From: Nitrospiraceae bacterium
GTDB lineage: Bacteria; Nitrospirota; Nitrospiria; Nitrospirales; Nitrospiraceae
DNA length: 46,638 nucleotides
Assembly (NCBI GenBank): GCA_037442105.1
Contig: JBBIQV010000004.1
Coordinates: 62,001-108,638, forward strand
Reading direction: 5' to 3'
A model generated the notes under the pieces. That model did not search any database. It was not told the origin of the DNA and saw only the letters and a list, made by a program, of their open reading frames with translations. Positions 1 through 9,885 of this stretch are shown here, piece by piece. Position numbers and translations under genes: made by a program. Positions within the stretch are counted from its first letter, which is position 1; each line of letters begins with the position of its first letter.

Positions 1-1500
1 CGCGGGGCCGGACAAACCACGTTGCCGGGCACGGATGTCTTCAAGCTGTACGATACGTATGGATTCCCGCTCGATCTCATTGCCGAGGCCTGCCGCGAAC
101 AGGGGATGAGGCTGGATGAAGCCGGATTCGATCATGCCATCGAAGAACAGCGGACGCGTGCCAGGAAGACGGCAGGATTTGAAGTGGAAGCTGCGAGACC
201 GGTGGTGGCTGAGCTGGCCGGGCGAGTGGGCGCCACGAAATTTGTCGGCTACGAGCGGTTGGACGCGGAGAGCATCGTGCAAGCCATCCTCAAAGGCGAG
301 CGGCTGGTAAAGGAAGCGGTCGAAGGTGACGAGATTGAACTGGTGCTGGATGTTACACCGTTCTATGCGGAGGGCGGTGGGCAGGTCGGTGACCAAGGGG
401 TGTTGAGCGGTCCGGAAGGACGGGTCGAGATCGAGGAGACCACGCGTCCGGCGCCGACCGTGATTCTGCATAAAGGAACGGTGCGTGCGGGTCGGATTCA
501 CGAAGGCGAACGTCTTCGGATGAGCGTCAACCCAACGACGCGGCATGACGCGGCGCGCAATCATACGGCAACGCATTTGGTCCATGCCGCGTTACGCGAG
601 TTGCTGGGTCCTCATGTAAAACAGTACGGCTCGCTGGTGGCGCCCAATCGGCTCCGCTTCGATTTCGCTCATTTCCGGCCCCTGTCGTCGCGAGACATCG
701 ATGAAATCGAAACCGTCGTGAACGAGCAGGTTCGACGAAACGAATCCGTCCGTACCGAGGTCATGGGTGTACAGGACGCGGTGGCCGGCGGGGCCTTGGC
801 CTTCTTCGGCGATAAGTACGGCGATCAGGTTCGTGTGGTGAGCATCGAGTCTTTCAGCAAGGAGCTGTGTGGTGGGACGCATTGCCGGCATACCGGCGAG
901 ATCGGAGTGTTTCGCATCGTGTCCGAGACGGGTGTGGCAGCCGGCGTGCGGCGTATCGAGGCGCAGACCGGAAGCGGCGCGTTGGCCCACATGAAACGGC
1001 TCGATGCGGATATCCGCGAGCTGTCCGAGCTTTTGAAGGTGGGTCCGGCCGAACTGCTTCCTAAGACCCGCAAGCTTGTGACACAGCTCAAAGACAAAGA
1101 ACGGGAGCTCGATGAGTTGAAGCTCCGTATGGCGAGCGGGTCTGCTGTCGAGTCGCAAACCAGGACAGTCCAGGGTGTGAAGGTGCATGCGCAGCGTACC
1201 GATGGCCTGGATGTCGCCGGCATGCGGACGTTGGCGGATCAATTGCGGGATAAGATGAAGAGCGGGGTGATTGCTTTGGGCGCCGCCAACGAGGGCAAAG
1301 TCATGTTGCTGGTGGTTGTGACCAAAGACCTGGTACCTCGACTCAAAGCCGGTGAGCTGATCAAGGACATGGCGGCGGAAGTTGGAGGGACGGGCGGAGG
1401 ACGCCCCGAGATGGCGCAGGCGGGAGGCAAGAACCCTGAGCGACTCGGAGCGGCGCTGGAAAAGGTTTTTGGACTGGTCGAATCGGCGTTGCAGCGGTAA
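1..1500 (+). CDS. alaS: Alanine--tRNA ligase, C-terminal part (5' end outside window)
   Basis: Frame open from base 1; motifs FKLYDTYGFP, TPFYAEGGGQVGD, NHTATHL, ELCGGTH (editing domain), C-terminal GGGGRPEMAQAGG-type DHHA1 domain. Confidence 0.97.
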   Translation, partial: RGAGQTTLPGTDVFKLYDTYGFPLDLIAEACREQGMRLDEAGFDHAIEEQRTRARKTAGFEVEAARPVVAELAGRVGATKFVGYERLDAESIVQAILKGERLVKEAVEGDEIELVLDVTPFYAEGGGQVGDQGVLSGPEGRVEIEETTRPAPTVILHKGTVRAGRIHEGERLRMSVNPTTRHDAARNHTATHLVHAALRELLGPHVKQYGSLVAPNRLRFDFAHFRPLSSRDIDEIETVVNEQVRRNESVRTEVMGVQDAVAGGALAFFGDKYGDQVRVVSIESFSKELCGGTHCRHTGEIGVFRIVSETGVAAGVRRIEAQTGSGALAHMKRLDADIRELSELLKVGPAELLPKTRKLVTQLKDKERELDELKLRMASGSAVESQTRTVQGVKVHAQRTDGLDVAGMRTLADQLRDKMKSGVIALGAANEGKVMLLVVVTKDLVPRLKAGELIKDMAAEVGGTGGGRPEMAQAGGKNPERLGAALEKVFGLVESALQR

Positions 1501-1504
1501 ACTG

Positions 1505-2098
1505 ATGTCGAAATCACGCATTCTGGCGCTGGATTATGGAACGAAACGCATCGGTGTGGCCGTCAGCGATGAGTTGGGTTGGACGGCTCAGCCGCTTGAA
1601 ACGTACGAGCGGAGGACGATCGAAAAAGACCTGGCCCATATTCGGGAACTGGTGCGGGTCCATGAAGCGGATCGGGTCGTTCTCGGTCTCCCGTTGCGGC
1701 TCAACGGGGCGATAGGGCCTGCGGCGCAGGCGGCCTGTGAGTTCGCCGATCGATTGGAGCGGGCGTTGTCTGTTCCGGTAGTGACGTGGGATGAGCGAAT
1801 GACGACCAAGGCGGCTGAGGAAATGCTCATCGCCGCCGATGTCAGCCGCAAGAAGCGCAAGGGCATCGTCGATCGAGTCGCGGCGGCGATCCTGCTGCGA
1901 AGCTACCTGGAGAATCTCACGAACGCCGGCGTGCCATCCGATGCAGATGCCCCGCGCGACATAACCGACGCATTCTCGATGGCGCCGCATGAGGGTGCCC
2001 GCGCAGATGACGAAGACCACACGACTGGTACTATGGCTCCTCCCGATTGTGGTGGTGATTGCCACGGCGGCCGCGTATCAGATGATACGCTGGGCTGA
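1505..2098 (+). CDS. ruvX: Holliday junction resolvase-like / pre-16S rRNA nuclease YqgF (RuvX) with C-terminal extension
   Basis: ATG 1505 just after the alaS stop; ILALDYGTKRIGVAVSD, VVLGLP, WDERMTT, VDRVAAAILL; typical alaS-ruvX-mltG synteny. Confidence 0.93.
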   Translation: MSKSRILALDYGTKRIGVAVSDELGWTAQPLETYERRTIEKDLAHIRELVRVHEADRVVLGLPLRLNGAIGPAAQAACEFADRLERALSVPVVTWDERMTTKAAEEMLIAADVSRKKRKGIVDRVAAAILLRSYLENLTNAGVPSDADAPRDITDAFSMAPHEGARADDEDHTTGTMAPPDCGGDCHGGRVSDDTLG

Positions 2099-3062
2099 AA
2101 GCCCGGTTGTTACAGAAGCCGAGAAGCTTCCTTCCAAGGTTGTCATCATCCCCGAAGGCTCGACCTTCCAGCAGGTGGCCTCGCTCCTGGCTCGGGAGCA
2201 GCTCATCAAGAGCCGATCCGCATTTCTGATGCTCGGCAGGGCCAACGAAGCCGACCGCAAGATCCATCCCGGCGAGTACGAGTTCAACGCGGCGATGCTT
2301 CCGATCGATATCCTCAATAAGCTGCTGGGGGGGAAGGTTGTGCTGCACCAAGTGACGGTGCCGGAGGGATTCACTATGGGACAGATGGCGGACGTCCTGG
2401 GCCAGCTCGACATTACGGATCCGGCTGAATTCATGCAGTTGGTGAAGGACCAGGCCTTTGTTCGTTCCCTTGGAGTCCAGGCTGAGACGCTCGAAGGCTA
2501 TTTGTTTCCCGACACGTATCGATTTGCCCGCGCGACCAAGGCAAAAGATGTGATTCAGACGATGGTCGGCAACCTCTGGAAGGTCTTGACACCGGATCTG
2601 CGCGAGCGTGCGAGGCAGCTCAACCTGTCGATCCATGAAGTGCTGACCCTTGCTTCCGTCGTCGAAAAGGAAACCAGCGTCGGAGAGGAGCGGCAGTTGA
2701 TCTCGGCGGTATTTCATAATCGGTTGAAACGGCGCATCCCGCTGCAAAGCGATCCGACGGTGATTTATGGCTTGCCGTCCTTCAACGGCAACCTGCGAAA
2801 AAAGGATCTCGCGAGCCCGAGTCCGTATAATACCTACCGCACTCGCGGATTGCCGCCGGGACCGATTGCGAGTCCCGGCGCCCAATCCATTCGGGCAGCC
2901 CTGTACCCTGCACCGACTCCTTACCTGTATTTCGTCTCGCGGAATGACGGCACCCACCAGTTTTCCGCGACCTTGGTCGAACACAACCTCGCAGTTGAGA
3001 AGTATCAGCGCCGCCCGTTTCGGAAATCCGGATTGAAGAACGTGACGGCGAGCGGCGCCTAA
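2007..3062 (+). CDS. mltG: Endolytic murein transglycosylase MltG (YceG family)
   Basis: N-terminal TM; VTVPEG, LEGYLFPDTY, ASVVEKET, VFHNRL, LQSDPTV, SPYNTY, GLPPGPIASPG, YLYFV. Start 2007 or 1989. Confidence 0.95.
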   Translation: MTKTTRLVLWLLPIVVVIATAAAYQMIRWAESPVVTEAEKLPSKVVIIPEGSTFQQVASLLAREQLIKSRSAFLMLGRANEADRKIHPGEYEFNAAMLPIDILNKLLGGKVVLHQVTVPEGFTMGQMADVLGQLDITDPAEFMQLVKDQAFVRSLGVQAETLEGYLFPDTYRFARATKAKDVIQTMVGNLWKVLTPDLRERARQLNLSIHEVLTLASVVEKETSVGEERQLISAVFHNRLKRRIPLQSDPTVIYGLPSFNGNLRKKDLASPSPYNTYRTRGLPPGPIASPGAQSIRAALYPAPTPYLYFVSRNDGTHQFSATLVEHNLAVEKYQRRPFRKSGLKNVTASGA

Positions 3063-3111
3063 CGCCTAACAGTTGCTCATCAACCCGACAACGACCACGG
3101 AGTTTCCTCCC

Positions 3112-3792
3112 ATGACCATGAGGACCATGCCTTCCACTCTCGCGCCCTTGCTCGACCATACGATTTTGCGTCCCGAAGCCACCAAGGCGGATGTCCTGCG
3201 TCTTTGTCGGGAAGCCGATCAATACGGGTTCACCGTCATTTTTGTGCCGCCCTGTTATGTCAATGAGGCGGTGGCAGCGGTAACCGGCACGGCAATTCAG
3301 GTCGGCATTCCGATCGGATTTCCCCTGGGCGGGCACACGACGAAAAACAAGGTGGCCGAAGCAGTCGAGGCAGTAGCGCGAGGTGCAACGGTCCTCGACA
3401 TGGTCATCAATATCAGCCGACTCAAATCGGGCGATTATGATCTGGTACGCGCGGACATGGCGGAGGTGGTCAACGCCACGCCGGGGGTCGAACACAAAGT
3501 CATCTTGGAGACCTGCTATCTTACGCGGGAGGAAAAGATCACCGCTTGTCGTCTGGCCGTGGAGGCGGGGATGGACTATGTGAAGACCTCTACCGGATTC
3601 GGCGCTGCCGGAGCGGCGGTGGAAGATGTTCGATTAATGAAGGAGGCGGTAGCCGGCCGCGCGAAGGTGAAGGCCTCCGGCGGAATCCGTGACCTGAAGA
3701 CGACGCTGGCGATGTTGGAGGCCGGTGCGGATCGAATCGGCACGAGTGCAAGCGTGAACATTATGGAAGAGTGGCGGAAAACGAAAAGCTAA
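3112..3792 (+). CDS. deoC: Deoxyribose-phosphate aldolase
   Basis: LDHTILRP, IGFPLG, DMVIN, KVILET, YVKTSTGF, VKASGGIR, RIGTS. Start uncertain (3073 TTG, 3112, 3118 or 3127 ATG). Confidence 0.95.
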   Translation: MTMRTMPSTLAPLLDHTILRPEATKADVLRLCREADQYGFTVIFVPPCYVNEAVAAVTGTAIQVGIPIGFPLGGHTTKNKVAEAVEAVARGATVLDMVINISRLKSGDYDLVRADMAEVVNATPGVEHKVILETCYLTREEKITACRLAVEAGMDYVKTSTGFGAAGAAVEDVRLMKEAVAGRAKVKASGGIRDLKTTLAMLEAGADRIGTSASVNIMEEWRKTKS

Positions 3793-3894
3793 CCCTGCGC
3801 TTCTCACCGTATCTTACCTGCCTGAAAGCCGCGACTGCAGCAGAAGCACCCATGAATAGACCGTGCATAGGTGCATGTCGGGTTCTGGTTTTGG

Positions 3895-3923
3895 CTGACA
3901 GTATACTTGACAATATGTATAGT
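3895..3923 (+). promoter_or_regulatory. Candidate sigma70 promoter overlapping a 12-bp direct repeat (possible operator)
   Basis: CTGACA(3895-3900)-N17-TATAGT(3918-3923); second hexamer TTGACA at 3907-3912; repeat TGACAGTATACT/TGACAATATGTA. Confidence 0.55.
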
Positions 3924-3936
3924 AACCTGATAGGTC

Positions 3937-5133
3937 ATGTCGGTCATGAGCGAAAACAACAGGGCCGAACCTTCCGGCAATATCGAGAACCGGCTTCGTT
4001 CCTTGCGGATGGGGAAAGGATTGTCGCAGGGAGCGCTGGCAGGAACGGCGGGAATAACCAGGCAAGCGGTGTGCGCCATCGAGGCTAATCAATATCTTCC
4101 CACGACCGCTGTTGCGCTCCGTCTGGCCGGCGCGCTTGATTGCCGGGTCGAGGATCTCTTCAGTCTCATCGCGAGCGGAGAAGTCATCGAAGGCGATCTT
4201 GTCATGTCGAGGCCGATCAGTCGAACCGACTTGGCGCGGACACGTGTGAAGGTGGTTAAGGTTGGAGAGCGCGTGGTGGTCCGACCGGTGGCCAACTTGG
4301 GTGATGTGCTCAACTATACGGTTCCGGCAGATGGGCTGATCATCGGGCCGGCCGTTGCCTCGGGTCGAATCGGCAAGTCGGCGAATCGTGTTCGCATCCA
4401 GCTTCTGAGAGATCGTCGAGTCATTGAGCAGGAAATTGCTGTGGCCGGCTGCGACCCGGCCATTTTCTTGGCGGGAGAGTACCTTCGGCGGCGGCAGGAT
4501 AAGAGCACGCTGGTCGGATGGACGTTAGGCAGCATGGCGGCGCTTGAGGCGTTGAAACGAAACGAGGTCCATGTTGCGGGCCTCCATGTCGTGGATCCCA
4601 AGTCTGGCGAGTCCAACCTGCCGTATCTCAGAAAGCACCTCCAGCGAGACGGATTCATGGTAGTGACGTTCGCAACGTGGGAAGAAGGTTTTCTGGTCCG
4701 TCCCGGGAATCCCAAGTCCATCCGTACCGCTGCCGATCTGGCTGAGCCCACGGTGACTCTTGTCAATCGGGAAGAAGGGGCGGGAGCCCGGTTGTTGCTC
4801 GATCAGCGATTGCGACTTGCGGGAATCGATCCGATACAGGTGCGGGGATATGACACGATCGTGCCCTCGCACTTCGAAGTGGCGCGGGCCGTTGCGGGAC
4901 ATCAGGCGGATGTGGGGATCGGCATCCGGTCTGCGGCGAAACTTTTTGGTCTTGAGTTCGTGCCTCTCCAGGCCGCTCGCTACGATCTGGTCGTTCCCAA
5001 AGCCTATCTGAAGTCCCATCCCACACTCGCCAATCTCTTCGACACGATTGTCAGCCGCCCGTTTCGGAACGAAATCGAAGCGCTGGGCGGATATGACACA
5101 ACGAACACGGGCACCGTTCACTCCTTAGCATGA
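3937..5133 (+). CDS. XRE-family HTH regulator fused to a molybdate-binding PBP-like domain
   Basis: N-terminal HTH (LSQGALAGTAGITRQAVCAIE..LRLAGALDCRVEDLF); C-terminal AGCDPA, GSMAALEAL, VNREEGAGARLLLD, FRNEIEALGGYD; upstream of mod genes. Confidence 0.85.
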   Translation: MSVMSENNRAEPSGNIENRLRSLRMGKGLSQGALAGTAGITRQAVCAIEANQYLPTTAVALRLAGALDCRVEDLFSLIASGEVIEGDLVMSRPISRTDLARTRVKVVKVGERVVVRPVANLGDVLNYTVPADGLIIGPAVASGRIGKSANRVRIQLLRDRRVIEQEIAVAGCDPAIFLAGEYLRRRQDKSTLVGWTLGSMAALEALKRNEVHVAGLHVVDPKSGESNLPYLRKHLQRDGFMVVTFATWEEGFLVRPGNPKSIRTAADLAEPTVTLVNREEGAGARLLLDQRLRLAGIDPIQVRGYDTIVPSHFEVARAVAGHQADVGIGIRSAAKLFGLEFVPLQAARYDLVVPKAYLKSHPTLANLFDTIVSRPFRNEIEALGGYDTTNTGTVHSLA

Positions 5134-5960
5134 TTATCTTGGCGTTCATGCAGAAGCGGTGCTTTTGGCTTGTTCTCGTCTTGTCCCTGTCCACGACGAA
5201 CCCTTCAGAAGCCTCTGCGGAGTCGTTTGTCATTGCGGCGTCTCCCTCCGTGCGAGTGCCGCTTGAGGCGCTTGCGCGTGCGTTCGAAACGGCGCATGCG
5301 GACGTCCGTGTCTACCTCTCATACGAACGAGGGCTCGATCTGAGACGGACCATTGCTCAATTGGAAAACGAAGGGTTGAAGGTCGCCGAGCATGGCCCTG
5401 TGCATCTCGTTGCGCCCGGCGGTGACGAGTTGCTCACGAGGCTCGCACAGAAACAATATGTGTTGCCCGAAACCAGAACCGTCTATGCCACGATCCCGCT
5501 TGTCATGGTCGTTCCGGAATCGCTCATAGAGGCGCCGGCGTCGTTCGAGTCGATCGCGCAGGATCCTCGTTGGCGCGTGGCGGTGGCCGATCCTGCGATC
5601 ACCCCGTTAGGACAGGAGACGGCGGTATGTCTGGAATCGATGGGGATCGCACGAACCTTGGCCAGCCGGCTTGATGTGGCCGTGGATGCGCGTGGGGTCT
5701 TGGATCATGTTCTGAGAGGTGAGGCCGACGTGGGCATCCTGTTCGGGCCCGATGCAGTGCAGGAACAGGAACGTGTTCGCGTCGTCGCCGTTGCGCCGGC
5801 AGGACACCATCGGCCACGAATCTATGCGATGGCCATGGAGCGCAGTTGCCCGAATCGAACGCTTTGCACCGAATTTCTTTCCTTTGCGCGTACGCCGACG
5901 GCGCAAGATCTGTTGAGACGTTTGGGGTATGGCCTTTTCAGCTTTTCCGAACATGAATAA
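5130..5960 (+). CDS. ModA-like periplasmic anion-binding protein (divergent paralog)
   Basis: Signal peptide; VAVADPAITPLG, VLDHVLRGEADVGILF resemble ModA, but the canonical AASL/GSSG segments are altered. Confidence 0.75.
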   Translation: MIILAFMQKRCFWLVLVLSLSTTNPSEASAESFVIAASPSVRVPLEALARAFETAHADVRVYLSYERGLDLRRTIAQLENEGLKVAEHGPVHLVAPGGDELLTRLAQKQYVLPETRTVYATIPLVMVVPESLIEAPASFESIAQDPRWRVAVADPAITPLGQETAVCLESMGIARTLASRLDVAVDARGVLDHVLRGEADVGILFGPDAVQEQERVRVVAVAPAGHHRPRIYAMAMERSCPNRTLCTEFLSFARTPTAQDLLRRLGYGLFSFSEHE

Positions 5961-6609
5961 TGCCATCCGACGACTAGGCCTGGTGTGGGTGGGACTTGCT
6001 ACGGTTGCTGTCGGCTGCGCACGGCTGCCGTACACCACGACCGTGATCGAGGATAGCGAGCGGGTCTCGGTGGTGTTCCAGCACGAAGTGGAACCGGCAG
6101 GATATTCCCATCCTGTTCATGTGACTACCGCAGAAGTGACGGCCATCCTTCGAGGGTTCTCGCTTCGCCATCAGAAGACGCTGCCGCTCCGCTGGTATGC
6201 CGAGGAAGAGCCACCCCGGCTTCTGTTTCGTGAGGATGAGATTCACCTGTTGGCTCCACATCTCAGTCAGGCCTTTCAACGGGTTGGCCCGGATGAGCGG
6301 ATCAGGTTCGAGGTGCGCGCGCCCGGGTTGAATCCTGCTGCAAGTCGGGATGTGACGGCTGGGTGGGTCGCGATCCGGGAGCCGTTTCTCTATGTGACGA
6401 TCGAGCAGTTCCATGCCCAGATCCCCATTCGGAAGTCCGACCAATATGATTACAACTATCCGACGCCGCCGCCGTTGCCGGGGTCGTATCTCCTCTACTT
6501 CGAGCCAGGACGATTCTGGATGGTCGACCGGTCTGGAACAACCAGGGGGTTGGACTACCGTGGGTTTCTCAAGTCCGCGATCGTGCCCACGCGAGAGCCG
6601 TCACGATGA
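5953..6609 (+). CDS. Hypothetical lipoprotein
   Basis: MNNAIRRLGLVWVGLATVAVG-C lipobox; overlaps both neighbours, suggesting an operon. Confidence 0.7.
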   Translation: MNNAIRRLGLVWVGLATVAVGCARLPYTTTVIEDSERVSVVFQHEVEPAGYSHPVHVTTAEVTAILRGFSLRHQKTLPLRWYAEEEPPRLLFREDEIHLLAPHLSQAFQRVGPDERIRFEVRAPGLNPAASRDVTAGWVAIREPFLYVTIEQFHAQIPIRKSDQYDYNYPTPPPLPGSYLLYFEPGRFWMVDRSGTTRGLDYRGFLKSAIVPTREPSR

Positions 6610-8351
6610 GCGCACGTTCCCGTGTAGATGCCAAGCCACGAGGCAAGCACTGGTGGCTTGCTGGTGTCGTTGCAGCCATCTGCATAAACGGCATCGGCGC
6701 TTCTGTAGTCTGGTCGGCGGAGTCTGGACGCTTGGTCGAGAAAGACGGGAAGTACGTGTTTGTCGAGAGCATGGACCCGGCGACGAAGCTCTTGCTCGAA
6801 CGGGCCGTAAAACAGGGGACGATCACACAGGACGAATATGATCGCGTCGTTCAGGAGTCTGAAGCGAGGACTTATGCGCTGCAACCCAGTTACAGGCTCT
6901 GGTACGACCGCGGGTTCAATATTTCCCTGAACGATAACGCATTCCTGCTCAAAATTCGTGCGCGTTTCATGGGACGCATGACGTCCCGGTGGCGGAACGA
7001 TGCGTGGCGCAATCCAGGCGATGCGAAGAACTTCCCGGAACTGCTCGGTGTGTTCGGTGATTACCGTGCCAACCGGTCGGAAGGGGAGTCCACACAATTC
7101 AATCTACGCCGCGCGCGATTGTATTTCATGGGGCATCTGTTCAATCCTGATTTCAAATATTTCATCCAGCTCAGGGGTGAGACGGCAGAGAACGCGCAGG
7201 CGCCGGGGTCGCTGCAGCTCTTCGACTGGTTTTTCACCAGCACGCACGTACCCTGGGCCAATGTCCAATTTGGCCAATACAAAGTGTACTTCAATCGGGC
7301 GCAGATCAATTCCACCGCCTCGATGCAGTTTGCAGAACGGGCACTGGTGATGGATGCGTTTACGGCCAGCGGGCTCGACCGCCGGGACATCGGGCTCACG
7401 CTGATGAACGACGAAGAACTCTATCCGGTGAATTATTATTTCGGTGTGTTTAACGGGGCCGGACCCAACTTCAATCGGTTGGGGTCCTTCACGAGCGAGG
7501 AGCCGACACAAGATTGTCCGGGGGGGCAAACGGGCGGGAATCCTTTTCCGTCGCCCGCGAGCTGTCCGGCGAATCAGCGGAACATCAATTCCAACGTGCG
7601 CCTCGATATCAATAAGGTCATGTTTGCCGGCCGTCTCATGTGGAACATCATGGGGCGGCCCGGCTATGGAGAAGGCGACGTGGTCTATTCGGAGACTCCG
7701 CAGATGGCGGTCGGCGCCGGCTATTCCTACAACCCGAGCATCAATACCAGCTCCAATAATGCGTTCGTCGGCATCGATCTGGCGAATTTGAACTATCGTC
7801 GCCAGTTGGCGGCCTTCGGGAACGGTCGCCAGCTTGGGTGGGGAGTCGTGGACTACTCCACCTGGGCTGCGGACTACGTGTTCAAGTACCGTGGTTTTTC
7901 GTTCCAGACCGAGTACTATTTCAAGAACGTCACGCGCCATGACAAATCGGCCCCCTGTCTTCAAACCAACGCCGGAGTCTGTACGGCTTTCGCTCCGGGT
8001 CTGTTGGGAAATGCGCAGGGGTGGTACGCCCAATCGGGCTACTTCCTGCTTCCGCGGAGACTGGAACTGGCGGGACGCTATGCCTATTGGGACCCCGACA
8101 CGAATGCCGCAGGCGATCTGGTGAAAGAAGTCAATGTGGCGCTGACGTACTATGTCAACGGTACCTACGATCAGACAATCACATTGCAGTTTACGAATCT
8201 GGCGATGGGGACCGGAGGCTACACCATCGGACGGAGTGAACCGCTGCCTGCCGTCAACGGCACCGTCCCGTCCGGCACCGTCCCGCTCGATGCGGCAGGA
8301 GGCACGCTACGCGAGAATGCGATCCGACTCCAGTATCAGATATTTTTCTGA
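6606..8351 (+). CDS. Outer-membrane porin, OprO/OprP (anion-selective) like
   Basis: Signal peptide; FNLRRARLYFMG, FGQYKV, QFAER, RDIG, GWYAQSGYF, LELAGRY; C-terminal LQYQIFF beta-barrel signature. Confidence 0.8.
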   Translation: MSARSRVDAKPRGKHWWLAGVVAAICINGIGASVVWSAESGRLVEKDGKYVFVESMDPATKLLLERAVKQGTITQDEYDRVVQESEARTYALQPSYRLWYDRGFNISLNDNAFLLKIRARFMGRMTSRWRNDAWRNPGDAKNFPELLGVFGDYRANRSEGESTQFNLRRARLYFMGHLFNPDFKYFIQLRGETAENAQAPGSLQLFDWFFTSTHVPWANVQFGQYKVYFNRAQINSTASMQFAERALVMDAFTASGLDRRDIGLTLMNDEELYPVNYYFGVFNGAGPNFNRLGSFTSEEPTQDCPGGQTGGNPFPSPASCPANQRNINSNVRLDINKVMFAGRLMWNIMGRPGYGEGDVVYSETPQMAVGAGYSYNPSINTSSNNAFVGIDLANLNYRRQLAAFGNGRQLGWGVVDYSTWAADYVFKYRGFSFQTEYYFKNVTRHDKSAPCLQTNAGVCTAFAPGLLGNAQGWYAQSGYFLLPRRLELAGRYAYWDPDTNAAGDLVKEVNVALTYYVNGTYDQTITLQFTNLAMGTGGYTIGRSEPLPAVNGTVPSGTVPLDAAGGTLRENAIRLQYQIFF

Positions 8352-8361
8352 GGTGCTTGCG

Positions 8362-9147
8362 ATGAGATGGCTGGCTCGATGGCTGCCGGCGATGGCGCTC
8401 CTCGTCCTGAGCGTCGCGCCGGTCTCTGCGGGAGAGGTGGTCATTGCGGCGGCTTCCGATCTGAATTTTGCATTTAAGGAGTTGGTCGCGGCGTACGAAC
8501 AGGCGACGGGCCACCATGTCAAACTGTCGCTCGGGTCGTCCGGGAATTTCTTTTCGCAGATTCAGAACGGCGCGCCGTTCGACCTCTACTTCTCAGCGGA
8601 CATCCGATATCCGCAAAAGCTGGTCGAGAGCGGCCACGCCGTTCCGGACTCTCTGTCCTCCTATGCGATCGGGCGCATCGTGTTATGGGTTCCAGGACGG
8701 TCGGCATTGGCCCTTGATCAGCGGGGGATGGAAGTGTTGCGCGATCCGTCAATCAGGAAAATTTCCATCGCAAATCCGAAACACGCGCCGTACGGACGAG
8801 CGGCGGTTGCGGCGCTGGAACATTTCAACATCTACGATCGCGTGAAGGATAAGCTCGTGCTTGGTGAGAACATCTCACAGGCCGCCCAATTTATCGAATC
8901 CGGCGCGGCGGACATCGGAATCATCGCGCTTTCCCTTGCGCTCGCGCCACCTATGAAACAAGCCGGTCAGTATTGGGAGGTGCCGATCGACAGCTATCCG
9001 GTGCTGGAGCAAGGGGCGGTGCTGCTCAAGGCCGGCAAGAATCCTACGGGCGCAAAGGCGTTTCTCCGGTATCTCCAGGGGCCGGAGGGGCAGAGCGTCA
9101 TGCGCCGTTACGGTTTCGTTCTTCCCGGCAGCGATGCAAGGCCATGA
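8362..9147 (+). CDS. modA: Molybdate ABC transporter substrate-binding protein
   Basis: GAGGTG SD then ATG 8362; AAASDL, GSSGNFFSQIQNGAPFDLYFSAD, IANPKHAPYG, GENISQA. Confidence 0.95.
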   Translation: MRWLARWLPAMALLVLSVAPVSAGEVVIAAASDLNFAFKELVAAYEQATGHHVKLSLGSSGNFFSQIQNGAPFDLYFSADIRYPQKLVESGHAVPDSLSSYAIGRIVLWVPGRSALALDQRGMEVLRDPSIRKISIANPKHAPYGRAAVAALEHFNIYDRVKDKLVLGENISQAAQFIESGAADIGIIALSLALAPPMKQAGQYWEVPIDSYPVLEQGAVLLKAGKNPTGAKAFLRYLQGPEGQSVMRRYGFVLPGSDARP

Positions 9148-9210
9148 CCGGCAAATGGCTGCCGCTTCTTCACGAGCGGCCGATGGCGACTGACGAATGA
9201 CGGATATTCT

Positions 9211-9885
9211 ATGAACTGGACGGCCATCTGGGTCACGCTCAAATTGGCGACTCTGACCGCTCTCATCCTCGTGGTCATCGGACTCCTCATCGCCTATTGG
9301 CTCAGTTTCTCCCGGCGGCACTGGAAATTCCTCGTCGAATCGGTCGTCGCGTTGCCGCTCGTGCTTCCGCCGACGGTGCTGGGTTTCTATATTCTGGTGG
9401 CCATCGGTCCGCAAACTCCCATCGGCCGTTTGTATGTCGATATCGTCGGTCATCCGTTACCGTTCACGTTTGAAGGGTTGCTGTTGGCGTCTGTCCTGTA
9501 CAGCCTGCCGTTTGCCGTCCAACCCTTTGCGACCGCCTTCGACCAAGTTGACCGTCGCTTGATTGAAGCAGCCTGGACATTAGGTGTCTCTCGGGCGAAG
9601 ACCTTTTTCAAGCTCATCCTGCCTCTTTCCAAAGCCGGAGTCGTGACGGGATTTGTGCTCAGCTTTGCCCACACGTTGGGGGAGTTCGGCGTTGTGTTGA
9701 TGGTCGGCGGCAATATTGAGGGGGAGACGCGAACCGTCTCCATCGATATTTACGACGAGGTGCAGGCGCTCAATTATGCCGGCGCAGCGAAGACGGCCCT
9801 GTTCCTGTTGGCCGTGTCGTACGGGGTGCTCCTGATCGTCTATGCGGTGAATCGGAAGGTGTGGTCGGTATGGCCGCAGAGATGA
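9211..9885 (+). CDS. modB: Molybdate ABC transporter permease
   Basis: LPLVLPPTVLGF, EAAWTLG (EAA loop), FAHTLGEFGVVLMVGGNI. Confidence 0.96.
   Translation: MNWTAIWVTLKLATLTALILVVIGLLIAYWLSFSRRHWKFLVESVVALPLVLPPTVLGFYILVAIGPQTPIGRLYVDIVGHPLPFTFEGLLLASVLYSLPFAVQPFATAFDQVDRRLIEAAWTLGVSRAKTFFKLILPLSKAGVVTGFVLSFAHTLGEFGVVLMVGGNIEGETRTVSIDIYDEVQALNYAGAAKTALFLLAVSYGVLLIVYAVNRKVWSVWPQR

Noticed and set aside
3793..3936. Moco riboswitch upstream of the mod cluster
   Set aside because: No recognisable conserved structure, and the predicted promoter leaves almost no leader
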